From contig OZ245020.1 of NCBI GenBank assembly GCA_965223865.1, positions 256,001 to 320,000 of the forward strand: a stretch of 64,000 nt of DNA. Direction: 5' to 3'. The notes beneath the pieces are model-generated. The model searched no databases. It was not told the DNA's origin and saw nothing but the letters and a program-made list of their open reading frames with translations. Made by a program: the position numbers and the translations under genes. Positions 50,180 through 60,026 of the stretch are shown in pieces (position 1 is the stretch's first letter; each line of letters opens with the position of its first letter). The stretch is from Nitrosarchaeum sp. (GTDB taxonomy: Archaea > Thermoproteota > Nitrososphaeria > Nitrososphaerales > Nitrosopumilaceae).

Positions 50180-51434
50180 GTATTCCTGCTCCGATTAGTC
50201 TCCATCTATCTGCAATTCTTCTACTGATTGCAACATTTCCACCTTCAAAAAGACATGCAGGTCTTCGGAGTTTAATTTCAGCAGTTGTTGATTTAATTTT
50301 AGAAACTTGACCCAAAACAGGCGCAGTACCAATGTTTAATCTTAGGAGTTCTCCAGATTGAATAGGCATAACCTTGGTATCTTCAGTAGTGCCAACAGCA
50401 GAATCAAAAAGATTTACTTCAAGTTTAATGTCTGTAGAGTTTTCAGGAAGAGTTCCAGGTTTACCAATGACAGAACCAATAAAAGAATCACTTCTGGTCA
50501 TTGCTGGATCTAATTTGGTTCCAATGGCAACTAATCCACCAGGTTTTACAGATTCTACTATTCCAGCTGCTGTTCCTAAGGAAGTAATTTCAGTTACTAG
50601 TGGTTCATATTTTTTCTTTTTTTCATTCATTATCCCGGGTTTGATTTCAATTTCATCATCTACATTGAATATTCCTTGTGTCAAGCTTCCTCCGATTACA
50701 CCACCCTTGATATTTTTCAGCTTGGTACCTGGTTTGTTTACATCAAAAGAACGTAAGACATGCATTACTGTATCTTTAGATTCATCTCGTTCTGGAGTTT
50801 TGATAGTATTTTCAATTGAGCCAATTAATGCATCAATGTTTAATCCAGATTGAGCAGATATTGGAATGATTGGTGCTTTTGCTGCATGTGTTCCTTTAAC
50901 AAATTGTGTAATGTCTTGATAATTCTGAAGAGCTTCCTTGTAAGAGAGTAAATCAACTTTATTTTGAACTACAACAATTTGTTGAATCCCAAGAGTTTGT
51001 AAAGCTAATAGATGTTCTTTTGTTTGTGGTTTGGGTACTTTTTCATTTGCTGCAACCAATAATAATGCACCATCCATCAAAGCCGAACCAGAAAGCATAT
51101 TTGCCATTAAACTTTCGTGTCCAGGACTATCTACAAAACTTACAACTCTAGATAATTCACTATCTTTTCCACAATTATTACATTTTGGAGTAGTAGAGTA
51201 TCCTAACGGTTCTTCACAATTTTTACATTTGTAAAATGCTGCATCAGAGTATCCAACACGAATTGTAATTCCTCGTTTTAATTCTTGACTGTGAACACTA
51301 GTCCATGATCCTGTTAGTGCCTGAATAAGAGTAGTTTTTCCATGGTCAACATGACCTGCAGTTCCAATGTTTACACATGGTTGATAACCATATTTTTTGA
51401 TATACCATTCTGGAAGAGTTTCTCTCCAATGCAT
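50172..51434 (-). CDS. eif2g: Translation initiation factor 2 gamma
   Basis: GHVDHGKTT, RGITI, DSPGH and NKVD. Confidence 0.98.
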   Translation of the reverse strand: MHWRETLPEWYIKKYGYQPCVNIGTAGHVDHGKTTLIQALTGSWTSVHSQELKRGITIRVGYSDAAFYKCKNCEEPLGYSTTPKCNNCGKDSELSRVVSFVDSPGHESLMANMLSGSALMDGALLLVAANEKVPKPQTKEHLLALQTLGIQQIVVVQNKVDLLSYKEALQNYQDITQFVKGTHAAKAPIIPISAQSGLNIDALIGSIENTIKTPERDESKDTVMHVLRSFDVNKPGTKLKNIKGGVIGGSLTQGIFNVDDEIEIKPGIMNEKKKKYEPLVTEITSLGTAAGIVESVKPGGLVAIGTKLDPAMTRSDSFIGSVIGKPGTLPENSTDIKLEVNLFDSAVGTTEDTKVMPIQSGELLRLNIGTAPVLGQVSKIKSTTAEIKLRRPACLFEGGNVAISRRIADRWRLIGAGILG

Positions 51435-51465
51435 AAGTCAAAATGTAAAACTGGTATATGTTAAG

Positions 51466-51876
51466 CTATTCTTTTTTATTTTTGTCTGAAGATTCAGTAG
51501 ACTCTTCTGTTGGAGCTTCTACTGGTAATTCTCCATCATACTTGCAATTAATTTGGTAAATTTCTTCAGAGACAGTATTTCCTCTCATAAGCTTTCTTAC
51601 TCTTTGTCCAGTTTCGGTATCTTGTAATCCAACTCCTTTGGATAGAAGAACATATTTTCTTGCTGCTCCGTGAACATCATTTCTCATAGGAACTCCAGAT
51701 TTGTCACTACCACCTGTAAGCTTTAGTTTGCCATTCAAACCTACAATTGCAGCATCAGTTTCATTTCCTAATTGCAAACCTAATAATGGATTTGCATCAC
51801 TATCTTTCAATTCTTTAGTGACAGACTTTCCTTTTATATCTGATACCGTTAACTTGAAATTTGCCAAGTATTCCAA
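51466..51876 (-). CDS. rps6e: 30S ribosomal protein S6e
   Basis: LTGGSDKSGVPMR and RK..RGN. Confidence 0.96.
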   Translation of the reverse strand: MEYLANFKLTVSDIKGKSVTKELKDSDANPLLGLQLGNETDAAIVGLNGKLKLTGGSDKSGVPMRNDVHGAARKYVLLSKGVGLQDTETGQRVRKLMRGNTVSEEIYQINCKYDGELPVEAPTEESTESSDKNKKE

Positions 51877-51943
51877 AAAAATGTCAAACGACTAATTAAC
51901 CTTTGGACATTATTTTTAAATCAAGATTACTAAAGTTAGACAT

Positions 51944-52066
51944 ATGGCTGAAGAGATAACGTGTCCTCGATGTGATAATAAGATGGTAGATATGCAAGTA
52001 TGTCATTTGTTTTGTCCTAATTGTGGAGCTCACTTAGATTGTTCAGATAAAGGGAATTTTTGGTAA
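51944..52066 (+). CDS. 40-aa CPxCG-type zinc-finger microprotein
   Basis: Manual translation MAEEITCPRCDNKMVDMQVCHLFCPNCGAHLDCSDKGNFW. Confidence 0.8.
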   Translation: MAEEITCPRCDNKMVDMQVCHLFCPNCGAHLDCSDKGNFW

Positions 52067-52240
52067 TCAGAGACCAGGCCTTTTTGGAATATATTCAGAT
52101 GTCATATTGATTGCTTGATCTTTCATAATTTCAAGATAAGTATCATAATCTGCTTCAAAATTACAATGAGGACATTTTACATTTGTAATATTACTATCTA
52201 ATATTGCAATATTTTCACATTCTGGACATCTTGCATCCAT
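52067..52240 (-). CDS. 57-aa zinc-ribbon microprotein
   Basis: Manual translation MDARCPECENIA...VKCPHCNFEADYDTYLEIMKDQAINM... Confidence 0.8.
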   Translation of the reverse strand: MDARCPECENIAILDSNITNVKCPHCNFEADYDTYLEIMKDQAINMTSEYIPKRPGL

Positions 52241-52293
52241 AGTTTAATTGAACAATTAAGGTATTTAATTATAATCAGTATTTTTTGAGTTAG

Positions 52294-52367
52294 GCGGAAT
52301 TAGTCTAGATCGGTATGACGTCAGCTTCCCAAGCTGAAGGCCGCGGGTTCAAATCCCGCATTCCGCA
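52294..52367 (+). tRNA. tRNA-Gly (CCC)
   Basis: GCGGAAT/ATTCCGC acceptor stem, TCAGC-TTCCCAA-GCTGA anticodon arm, GGTTCAAATCC T-arm. Confidence 0.97.
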
Positions 52368-53363
52368 TTATAATTCTCGAATTGCTTGTTCTATAATTCC
52401 TCTGTCAGTGGCTCTAGGAAATAATTTCAGATATGTTTTAAGATCATCTATTGCCCCAGAATTTTTGTTTAGCTTTTCTCTTATGTATGCTCGATTCTTG
52501 TAAATTTTTGCAGATCTTTTTGGATTAAGTCTTATTGCTTTATTGTAAGAATCTTCGGCTTTTTCAAATTGATTAGATTTAAGATAAAAATTCCCCATTC
52601 CATTGTAGGATAGATACGATTTGTCATTGAGTTTAAGGGATTTTTCATAAAAGTTTAGGCAATCAGGGGAATTTTGTTCATTTAGCATTGCGCCCATTAG
52701 ATTCATTGCCGTTGAATTGTTTTGATCAATTTCAATTGCTTTTTCTAGAGATTTAATTGCTTCATCATTATTTTTTTGAATATTAAATTTCTCAGAAAGT
52801 AAACATAGTCTATTTGATTTTTCAAATGATTCATTTTCCAATTTGATAGAAGATAAAATTTCAGAAGGTGCTAATATGATCAATAATTTTCCTTCCTCAG
52901 ACCACTCTTTTTCAAATAAATTCTGGGGAATAGCTCCTTCTTGCTGTTCGCCTTCTTTATTTCCCTTCTGAACATAATGAAGAATAGTCTTGTCTTCATC
53001 ATTGTAACCAGTAATTACTGATGCGTGCTGTGTAATTTCTGGGATTCCTGGAAGAAGAACAATTGGAGGAATTCCTGAATCAATAATTTTTTTTAGTTCA
53101 GTTAAATTAGAACGAATTATCTTACATTCAAGACCCTGTCTCTCAGCAGATTCAATTCCTTCAATCAAGATACTTCCAGTATAACCCGAATATTGCTTTG
53201 CAATTTCCTCAGCTTCTGCCATTGACAATTCAACATTCCAATATTTTGAGACAACATTGATAGGAAGAGGAAGACAGATATTTTCTTCATCAACTAGAGG
53301 TAACAAAAGTTCATGATCAGACTGTTCCATGAAAAATAAAATTTTTAGAGTTATTAAAACCAA
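52368..53363 (-). CDS. Peptidase C39-like domain plus TPR protein
   Basis: NICLP..INVV..YW, GIPPIV and HASVITGY; C-terminal TPRs. True start is probably MEQSD (53330). Confidence 0.75.
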   Translation of the reverse strand: MVLITLKILFFMEQSDHELLLPLVDEENICLPLPINVVSKYWNVELSMAEAEEIAKQYSGYTGSILIEGIESAERQGLECKIIRSNLTELKKIIDSGIPPIVLLPGIPEITQHASVITGYNDEDKTILHYVQKGNKEGEQQEGAIPQNLFEKEWSEEGKLLIILAPSEILSSIKLENESFEKSNRLCLLSEKFNIQKNNDEAIKSLEKAIEIDQNNSTAMNLMGAMLNEQNSPDCLNFYEKSLKLNDKSYLSYNGMGNFYLKSNQFEKAEDSYNKAIRLNPKRSAKIYKNRAYIREKLNKNSGAIDDLKTYLKLFPRATDRGIIEQAIREL

Positions 53364-53906
53364 TCAGAGAGAACAGAATTTTTCAATTAAATGATAGCCA
53401 TCGTTACTCATTTCAGGATGAAATTGAGTTCCAAATATTGGCTTTTTTTTATATTGAATAATTTCATACTTGCAGTTATCAGATTCTCCTATGGATATTA
53501 TTGGATCCGGTAGTTTTGAAATCTCAAAACTATGACTTTCAAAAACTTGTAAATTATTATTGCAAATCATATTTTCTTTGACAATTTTTACATTTTCGTT
53601 ACCTTTTTGAGGTAAATGAGTTTTTTTTATTGTACCACCTAAAGTGAGAGCTAAAATTTCAGCACCATAACAAATTCCTAATAATTTTTTTCCATGTTTT
53701 ATTGAATGTAAAACTATTTTGGAATTTATTTTATTTGTCTTTTGTTCATTTTTTCTTCTTCCTGATAAAATAAAAGAGTCATATTTTTCAAGATTTTCTA
53801 AGTTTAAATAATCAGGAGTTTGTTTTTCAAATTGGATATTTTTTTTGTTTAGAAAATTTATAAGATTTTTTGTATAAACAGAACCATTATCAACTACTAG
53901 TAACAT
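53364..53906 (-). CDS. Class I glutamine amidotransferase
   Basis: VDNGS, LGICYG, ESH and QFHPE. Confidence 0.92.
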   Translation of the reverse strand: MLLVVDNGSVYTKNLINFLNKKNIQFEKQTPDYLNLENLEKYDSFILSGRRKNEQKTNKINSKIVLHSIKHGKKLLGICYGAEILALTLGGTIKKTHLPQKGNENVKIVKENMICNNNLQVFESHSFEISKLPDPIISIGESDNCKYEIIQYKKKPIFGTQFHPEMSNDGYHLIEKFCSL

Positions 53907-53966
53907 GATTGTTATCTAAAAAATAGATAATTTAGTATTTTTTAAAGTAAAAAAAGGATAGTGTTG

Positions 53967-56828
53967 TTAGCTACCCACTTCGATGGAGACGTAATGTATC
54001 TCAGGTATACTGTCTTTTACAACAATTGTACCTATGTTGAGATTATTTTCCTCTTGCCACATGAAAACTCTATCACTTCTTGGTTTGACAAAGTCATCAA
54101 TGAAGTTATTCAAGAATTCTTCAGTTTCTGATTTATCATTTTCAGTAAAGAAGAAAATCTCTCCTTCATTGAAAGACAATGGAACCTGAATTGATGTGGG
54201 TTCTGAAATAGTAATTCCTTCTTCAGTAAATATCAATTTTATTATATCGACTCTATCGTCTTTATCTAATTCAATATAGTCTGAATCAACTGTAGTCGAA
54301 GAAGGTGCAACACCTGATACTTTTTTCAGATATGCCTCAAATGCTTCTTCTTGAGTATCTCCCAATCCTACATAATATTCTCCAGTAAATGCAGCACCAA
54401 CTGCTGCAATAGTTCCTAATTGAGCAACAACTCCTCCTGCACCTGCAGTATAAACAGGAATAAAGTAAACATCATGGTCACCTACACGATATAGTATGTT
54501 ATCTCCGATTCTTGGATTTCTCAAAAGTGTCTTTAGTTGAGCAAACTCTGGGTCTCTATCTAGTGCTTCTCTAACTGCTGTTGGGCCAATTAATTTTGTA
54601 GTAGAGTTTAGTGGAACTTCATAGAATTGCAAGTTACCTAGATTTGTTAGGTCATTTTGGACTACCATATATCCTGCTAAGTTTCGTCCTTGAGAACCTC
54701 TTAATTCCAATGATAAAAGACCTAGGAAGTTAGTTTCTTCAAAACCAGGTGGTTTTGCTTCAACATAATATGTGTCTAGTCCGGTAGGAATTTCATAGAA
54801 TTGATTAGCCTGAATAAAGGTCTCTACATCAGTTACATGGTAAATATTGTACATTTCTGTTTTCCAATTAAATAATTCAACTGGATATCTGATTTGTTCC
54901 TCAAGCCATGTTGGCATAGGTTGGAATTGTTCAGAGTATTGACTGGAAAACATTTCAGTAAAGAAATCATCACCAGTTTTTAACAATTGAATTTCTCCGT
55001 TATACGAATCAATCAAGGCATATCCTACTAATCTCAAATATGGATTTCCGACAGACCATGGAACATCTTGCGTGTCAAATCCAATAATTAATGGAACCAA
55101 CCAGTAAGAATTATTGCCATTAGTTACAGGAAGAGAATCAAGTTCTCTACCAAAAAGATCATAGAGGAAATAAGGGTACAAAGTTTCCATTCTGTCATTG
55201 ACATCCTTGTATCTCATAATATGGACAGCATCTCCTGGAAATGATAGCAAGAAGTTAGGCTCAAATATCCAGCTAAGAGGTGGGGGAACATCCAAGCCGC
55301 CAGCTCCTGAATAAAATGCTTCACCTAATTCGGCACTTGTGTCACCACGAGAAGTTGGATATGCAGACCATGTTTGTTCAAACAATCCACCTTCGCCATA
55401 ATAGATCTCTCTTTGTTTGAAAAATGTACTACTATCTACAATCTGGCCATCAGTGGCTTCTAATGTCAAAAATGCATTTGGTACATGAGTGTACACCAAA
55501 TGTTCATTATACCATCTATTTTCAAGGCTGACAGTTGTAGGCAAGATTGGTTTCATAGATGCCGTCCAGTATAGTGTATTATTAAAACGAAGAATATCAT
55601 TGTCCTCAAAATCTACATATGGAATCAAGCCAATTTCTGGCTTTAGTTTAGCAAATGCTGCTTGCCAGTCCCATACCCTGATAACATCTAGAACATCGCT
55701 GTTTTTATCAACATAATTATTAATATTATTTGGAGATACTGATTGTAATTTAACATCATGAATGTTTTCCTCAATGTTGTTTAACTCACCCAGATAACGA
55801 TTGACGCCAATCTGCTGGGCGGTATATGGTCCCAAAAATTCAATCTTTCTGGCATCAGCAATGCTGTTATTTACTCCTACAACACTTGCAATGATTAAAG
55901 CAATTGCAAAAATTGTTGCCAAGCGAATAATAACATCACGTTTGAACATGTGAGTTAAAACACGAGCTCTGATTTTGTCAATTACTGAAAATGCAATTAA
56001 TGCAAATCCGATTACTAAAATCCCACCTATAACATATCTAGTATTGTAATCAATTTGATCAGTAAAGAAAAGATTGAAGCCTGCCCATAAAACACCAATT
56101 CCTAAAATGGCTTCAATAGTTGAGACATAGTTAAGGTATCTTGGCTTTCCTTCGTTAGAGTCTTTGATGAAAGAAGTAAATACATCGATTATTCTATGAA
56201 TTCCAACATACAAAACAAGTCTAAGTCCTATTGCTGCTAATATTGGTGGAATTAGAATTACAAGAGCAGGAATCATTGGAACAACTTTTTCAGCTGCATA
56301 GTTTGGATCAGTATCAGGTGTAACAAATGGTAACGAGAATAAGTTAGGTAAGTTTTCTATTCCTAAATCATTTCCATCAAGAAATGCCATAGCTGCAAAA
56401 CCAAACATGATATTTGCAAAGAATGCACCAAAAAGGAAGATCTTGGTAATTTGCCAAATTACAAATTGGGGTGGACTAAGTTTGTAATCTCTAAAACTTT
56501 GTATGCTTGCAGAGATGTTTTGCTGGGAACCACGTCTGAGAAAGCCTATTGCAGAGTTTATACCATACCAAAATATTGAAGATCTAGATCCAATGTTTAC
56601 TCTAACCAAAGCAATTGCTGATAAAATTACAGTTGAAACTAGTGTGTAAAAGAGAGGTTTTGTGAATCGATCACCGAATTCTGTAAAATTCATCGATAAA
56701 ATTACAGCCTGGTTACCTACAATAGCAAAAATTGCAATACCGATTACAGCAACTATTCCTAATCTTATGTATTTTCCAGCATCAGGAGGTGGAGCTTGCT
56801 TATCAGTAGAGGCGCTATACAAAATCAA
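53967..56828 (-). CDS. UPF0182 family membrane protein
   Basis: Multi-TM N-half; W.NEHLVYTH, IYYGE and QIRYP motifs. Confidence 0.88.
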   Translation of the reverse strand: MILYSASTDKQAPPPDAGKYIRLGIVAVIGIAIFAIVGNQAVILSMNFTEFGDRFTKPLFYTLVSTVILSAIALVRVNIGSRSSIFWYGINSAIGFLRRGSQQNISASIQSFRDYKLSPPQFVIWQITKIFLFGAFFANIMFGFAAMAFLDGNDLGIENLPNLFSLPFVTPDTDPNYAAEKVVPMIPALVILIPPILAAIGLRLVLYVGIHRIIDVFTSFIKDSNEGKPRYLNYVSTIEAILGIGVLWAGFNLFFTDQIDYNTRYVIGGILVIGFALIAFSVIDKIRARVLTHMFKRDVIIRLATIFAIALIIASVVGVNNSIADARKIEFLGPYTAQQIGVNRYLGELNNIEENIHDVKLQSVSPNNINNYVDKNSDVLDVIRVWDWQAAFAKLKPEIGLIPYVDFEDNDILRFNNTLYWTASMKPILPTTVSLENRWYNEHLVYTHVPNAFLTLEATDGQIVDSSTFFKQREIYYGEGGLFEQTWSAYPTSRGDTSAELGEAFYSGAGGLDVPPPLSWIFEPNFLLSFPGDAVHIMRYKDVNDRMETLYPYFLYDLFGRELDSLPVTNGNNSYWLVPLIIGFDTQDVPWSVGNPYLRLVGYALIDSYNGEIQLLKTGDDFFTEMFSSQYSEQFQPMPTWLEEQIRYPVELFNWKTEMYNIYHVTDVETFIQANQFYEIPTGLDTYYVEAKPPGFEETNFLGLLSLELRGSQGRNLAGYMVVQNDLTNLGNLQFYEVPLNSTTKLIGPTAVREALDRDPEFAQLKTLLRNPRIGDNILYRVGDHDVYFIPVYTAGAGGVVAQLGTIAAVGAAFTGEYYVGLGDTQEEAFEAYLKKVSGVAPSSTTVDSDYIELDKDDRVDIIKLIFTEEGITISEPTSIQVPLSFNEGEIFFFTENDKSETEEFLNNFIDDFVKPRSDRVFMWQEENNLNIGTIVVKDSIPEIHYVSIEVGS

Positions 56829-56915
56829 GGTTCGTTATGGCTTGGTAAATTAATGTCTTACCAGTAAAAAAGAAGTTTCAGCATTACATTTTAGTAATAT
56901 AACTCTACAAAAAAT

Positions 56916-58037
56916 TCAGGAAATTGTAGCCAGATTTTTACAAATCATGTATGCTGCTGCATAGGTTGGAATGTGGACTTTGTCATTTTCATAGGGACCA
57001 AATTTTCTATTTTTTAGCTTAAATTCAATCGGACAATTTGCAATTATTTCTATGGTTTCTTCACTAAGAAAAGAGGCTTGCACATATGGGTCAAATTTTG
57101 AAATATCTTTACAATAAATTTTTGTCAAACCACTCTTACTGTTAAGAGATCCTGGAAGTCTAAAGATTCTGTGAATGTCCATTGTAACATTAGGATCAAT
57201 TCTTACACCAATTCTAGAAGAAAGATCTTTCAAATTTTGTTGAAAAGACGGATATCCATTTACTAGGAGTTCTGTAATAATTTTTGAGCGCCTTGATTTT
57301 GAACCAAAAATTTCTTTTGAAAATCTTTTTCTCCATCCTTTTTCATCAAAATCTGGAAATGAAGATCTGTTTGGTTTGAATTTTTTCATTCCAAAAGTTT
57401 CAGGAATTGCTCCATTGAATAAAAAATAGTCAACAAGCTCTGATCTTTCCCTAGAGCCAAGATCTTGAAATTGTGAGTTGTAAACATATACATGAAAACC
57501 CTCATTTCCTGAAAAGTAAACATCGATGTTTTTCTTGTCAATAGCAAAATCTTCAATTAAAATATCTGATAATTTTTTGACTTCAATTTTAGAACCTTCA
57601 ATACAGTTTTTACATGGAAGAGATTTTTTTTCAAATTTTGTTGAATTACATTTTGAACATTGGATGCTATTTTTTGAAATTGTATTACAATTATTGCATA
57701 TAGATACAGTATGATTTATTCTACACTCAAGATTAAGATCTTTTGAATCAATATCAAATATCAGATCTGCTTCCTTCCAATCTTTTTCATTCATTGGAAG
57801 ATTTGGAAAAGAATAGTATGCATTAGAACAATAAACATCTGAAGGAGTATTTTTCATCAATAATAGATGGAGTTCTTTATCATCTTTCAAAGATATGTGT
57901 CGAGTCATTCCTGAGCTAAATTTTTGATAACCGAATTCTCTTTCGGATGTTCTTTTAGGAACATGTATTTGTTCAAAATGCTCAAAATAGTATTTTTTGA
58001 AGATGCCTTCAAGAAATTTTACATCATTTTCATTCAT
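56916..58037 (-). CDS. priS: DNA primase small (catalytic) subunit
   Basis: REFG, LIFDID, FSGNEGFH and D..VT.D..R..RLPGSL. Confidence 0.95.
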   Translation of the reverse strand: MNENDVKFLEGIFKKYYFEHFEQIHVPKRTSEREFGYQKFSSGMTRHISLKDDKELHLLLMKNTPSDVYCSNAYYSFPNLPMNEKDWKEADLIFDIDSKDLNLECRINHTVSICNNCNTISKNSIQCSKCNSTKFEKKSLPCKNCIEGSKIEVKKLSDILIEDFAIDKKNIDVYFSGNEGFHVYVYNSQFQDLGSRERSELVDYFLFNGAIPETFGMKKFKPNRSSFPDFDEKGWRKRFSKEIFGSKSRRSKIITELLVNGYPSFQQNLKDLSSRIGVRIDPNVTMDIHRIFRLPGSLNSKSGLTKIYCKDISKFDPYVQASFLSEETIEIIANCPIEFKLKNRKFGPYENDKVHIPTYAAAYMICKNLATIS

Positions 58038-59063
58038 TTAGTTTCTCTTTTTTCCAAATTGAAGGGGGCTTATGATATTATCACATTCTGGAATCGCAAA
58101 ACAAAGATTTTGTGTTTTTAATTTTTCACAAGAAGGGCATGAATATTGTGTACCACTGCCAGAAGTTCCTGCCAGATGATTTAACTGATAGAGTGTGACT
58201 CTTTCATTGAAATCTGGTGCATTTTTGAATAATGGAGCAATTTGCTGTACAGATTGTCCCTTTGAAAGCAAAAATGTTGCAAGCATGAATCTACCTGAAT
58301 GTGGTAAATTTTCTCCTTTTTCTAGTATTTCTATTGCATGTTTGATACATGGTGGGTATTCTCCTGTAGTAACAGTAAATGTTACAAATTTTTTTGATAA
58401 AGACAATAATTTGTTTACAGGATCTTCAAAACCTGGGATCATTGATGGTGTTTTTGCGTTAATAATTTTAGAGTTGATATATGTTCCAAGCTCTTTTCGA
58501 ATAAGTCTTACAATTTCATGAGAATTAAGAAAAACTTGACCATTTTCAACATGTCTGTTGATTAGTTTCCATTCTCTCTCATGAAAATTAATTGAATGTT
58601 TTAGATAATCTGAAACAGGAATAACAAAGTAATCATCTTGTTTTTTTACCTGAACTGAAAACAAATCATCTATGACTCTAATTGCGAGTTCTTTTTTTGA
58701 TTTATCCGAGATATTAGCTAAATCTTTTTCCAAGTATTTTTCTGCTCGTCTGGCTTCTGCAAGAGCAAATCTTTTGATTAAAGTATTCATCCCACTTAAT
58801 TTTAAAAGAACTATGGCTAAGAGAAAAGAGAAAACTTCTCTAGGAAGTGCAGCTTCTTTTGATACTTGGTCCTCTATTAAATCAGATTTGTATATTTTTC
58901 CATCAGCGGCTACTTGTATTCTATCAAATGCTTTGTCGATTAGAGATTTGAGATCAGGATCGCTTCCAAATTGTTCTAAGGTAAAACCTTTATCTTTTAG
59001 ATATTGACCAGCATCTGCCAGAAAAGGATACTTTGCAACCTCATCCTGACCTAATGCAAGCAT
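58038..59063 (-). CDS. priL: DNA primase large subunit
   Basis: KYPFL, YPPCI...G.NL.H..R and Y..PSC. Confidence 0.95.
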   Translation of the reverse strand: MLALGQDEVAKYPFLADAGQYLKDKGFTLEQFGSDPDLKSLIDKAFDRIQVAADGKIYKSDLIEDQVSKEAALPREVFSFLLAIVLLKLSGMNTLIKRFALAEARRAEKYLEKDLANISDKSKKELAIRVIDDLFSVQVKKQDDYFVIPVSDYLKHSINFHEREWKLINRHVENGQVFLNSHEIVRLIRKELGTYINSKIINAKTPSMIPGFEDPVNKLLSLSKKFVTFTVTTGEYPPCIKHAIEILEKGENLPHSGRFMLATFLLSKGQSVQQIAPLFKNAPDFNERVTLYQLNHLAGTSGSGTQYSCPSCEKLKTQNLCFAIPECDNIISPLQFGKKRN

Positions 59064-59154
59064 ATTACTGATTAACTATATTTACATAAAAATCTGGTTT
59101 CGAGATCCAGATGTAAATGCTGATTTAAATAATGTTTAGATAAATTTTTCATAA

Positions 59155-59994
59155 ATGCGGATTGGTTGTCATGTATCAATTTCGGGCTCTATTGACAAGT
59201 CAGTTGATAATGCAGTAGAAAGAGAATGTTCAGCTTTTCAAATTTTCACAAGGAATCCTAGAGGATGGCATGCAAAGGATCTAACAGAAGAGAATATAAC
59301 AAATTTTCAGACTAAGCTGAAAAATAGCAAAATTGACAGGATGGCCACATGTGCTCACATGCCGTATTTACCAAATTTAGCCACTCCAAAGGAAGATGGA
59401 TTTGAAAAATCGGTCAAGACATTGATTAGTGAAATTGGAAGGTGTGGAAAACTAGGAATTCCATACCTTGTAACTCATTTAGGTAGTCATTTAGGAACTG
59501 GAGAAGAAGAAGGAATTAAACGACTTGTTAAAGGACTTACAAAAGCAGGCCAAACAAAAAATGATGTCATGATTTTACTAGAAAACACAGCTGGTCAGAA
59601 AAATTCTGTTGGTGCTGATTTTGAACAGCTTGCACAGATTTACAACCAATTAAAACCTTCAAAGAAATTTGGAGTTTGCTTTGATACATGTCATGCATTT
59701 GTGTCAGGATATGATTTAAGAACTGAAAAAAATGTGAAAGATACTTTTTCAAAATTTGATGATTCAGTTGGTATGGAAAATTTGAAAATTGTACATCTTA
59801 ATGATGCTAAGGGAGAAATAGGTTGTAATTTAGATAGACATTATCATATCGGACTAGGAAATATTGGAGAAAAAGGTCTGGGAGCGGTGGTTAAAATTGT
59901 AAATAAGAAGAAAATACCAATAATTTTAGAGACTCCAATTGATGATGTCCGAGATGATTTTGGGAATATCAGAGTTGCAAAGGAACTTGCGTAG
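59155..59994 (+). CDS. nfo: Endonuclease IV
   Basis: GCHVS, H.PY..NLA, LENTAG, DTCH, HLND, DRH and LETP. Confidence 0.96.
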   Translation: MRIGCHVSISGSIDKSVDNAVERECSAFQIFTRNPRGWHAKDLTEENITNFQTKLKNSKIDRMATCAHMPYLPNLATPKEDGFEKSVKTLISEIGRCGKLGIPYLVTHLGSHLGTGEEEGIKRLVKGLTKAGQTKNDVMILLENTAGQKNSVGADFEQLAQIYNQLKPSKKFGVCFDTCHAFVSGYDLRTEKNVKDTFSKFDDSVGMENLKIVHLNDAKGEIGCNLDRHYHIGLGNIGEKGLGAVVKIVNKKKIPIILETPIDDVRDDFGNIRVAKELA

Positions 59995-60026
59995 AAATTT
60001 ATTCGGATATTTTAGGGAGTGATTAG

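Noticed and set aside
52315-52503. 62-aa ORF
   Set aside because: It overlaps tRNA-Gly and is antisense to the TPR gene.
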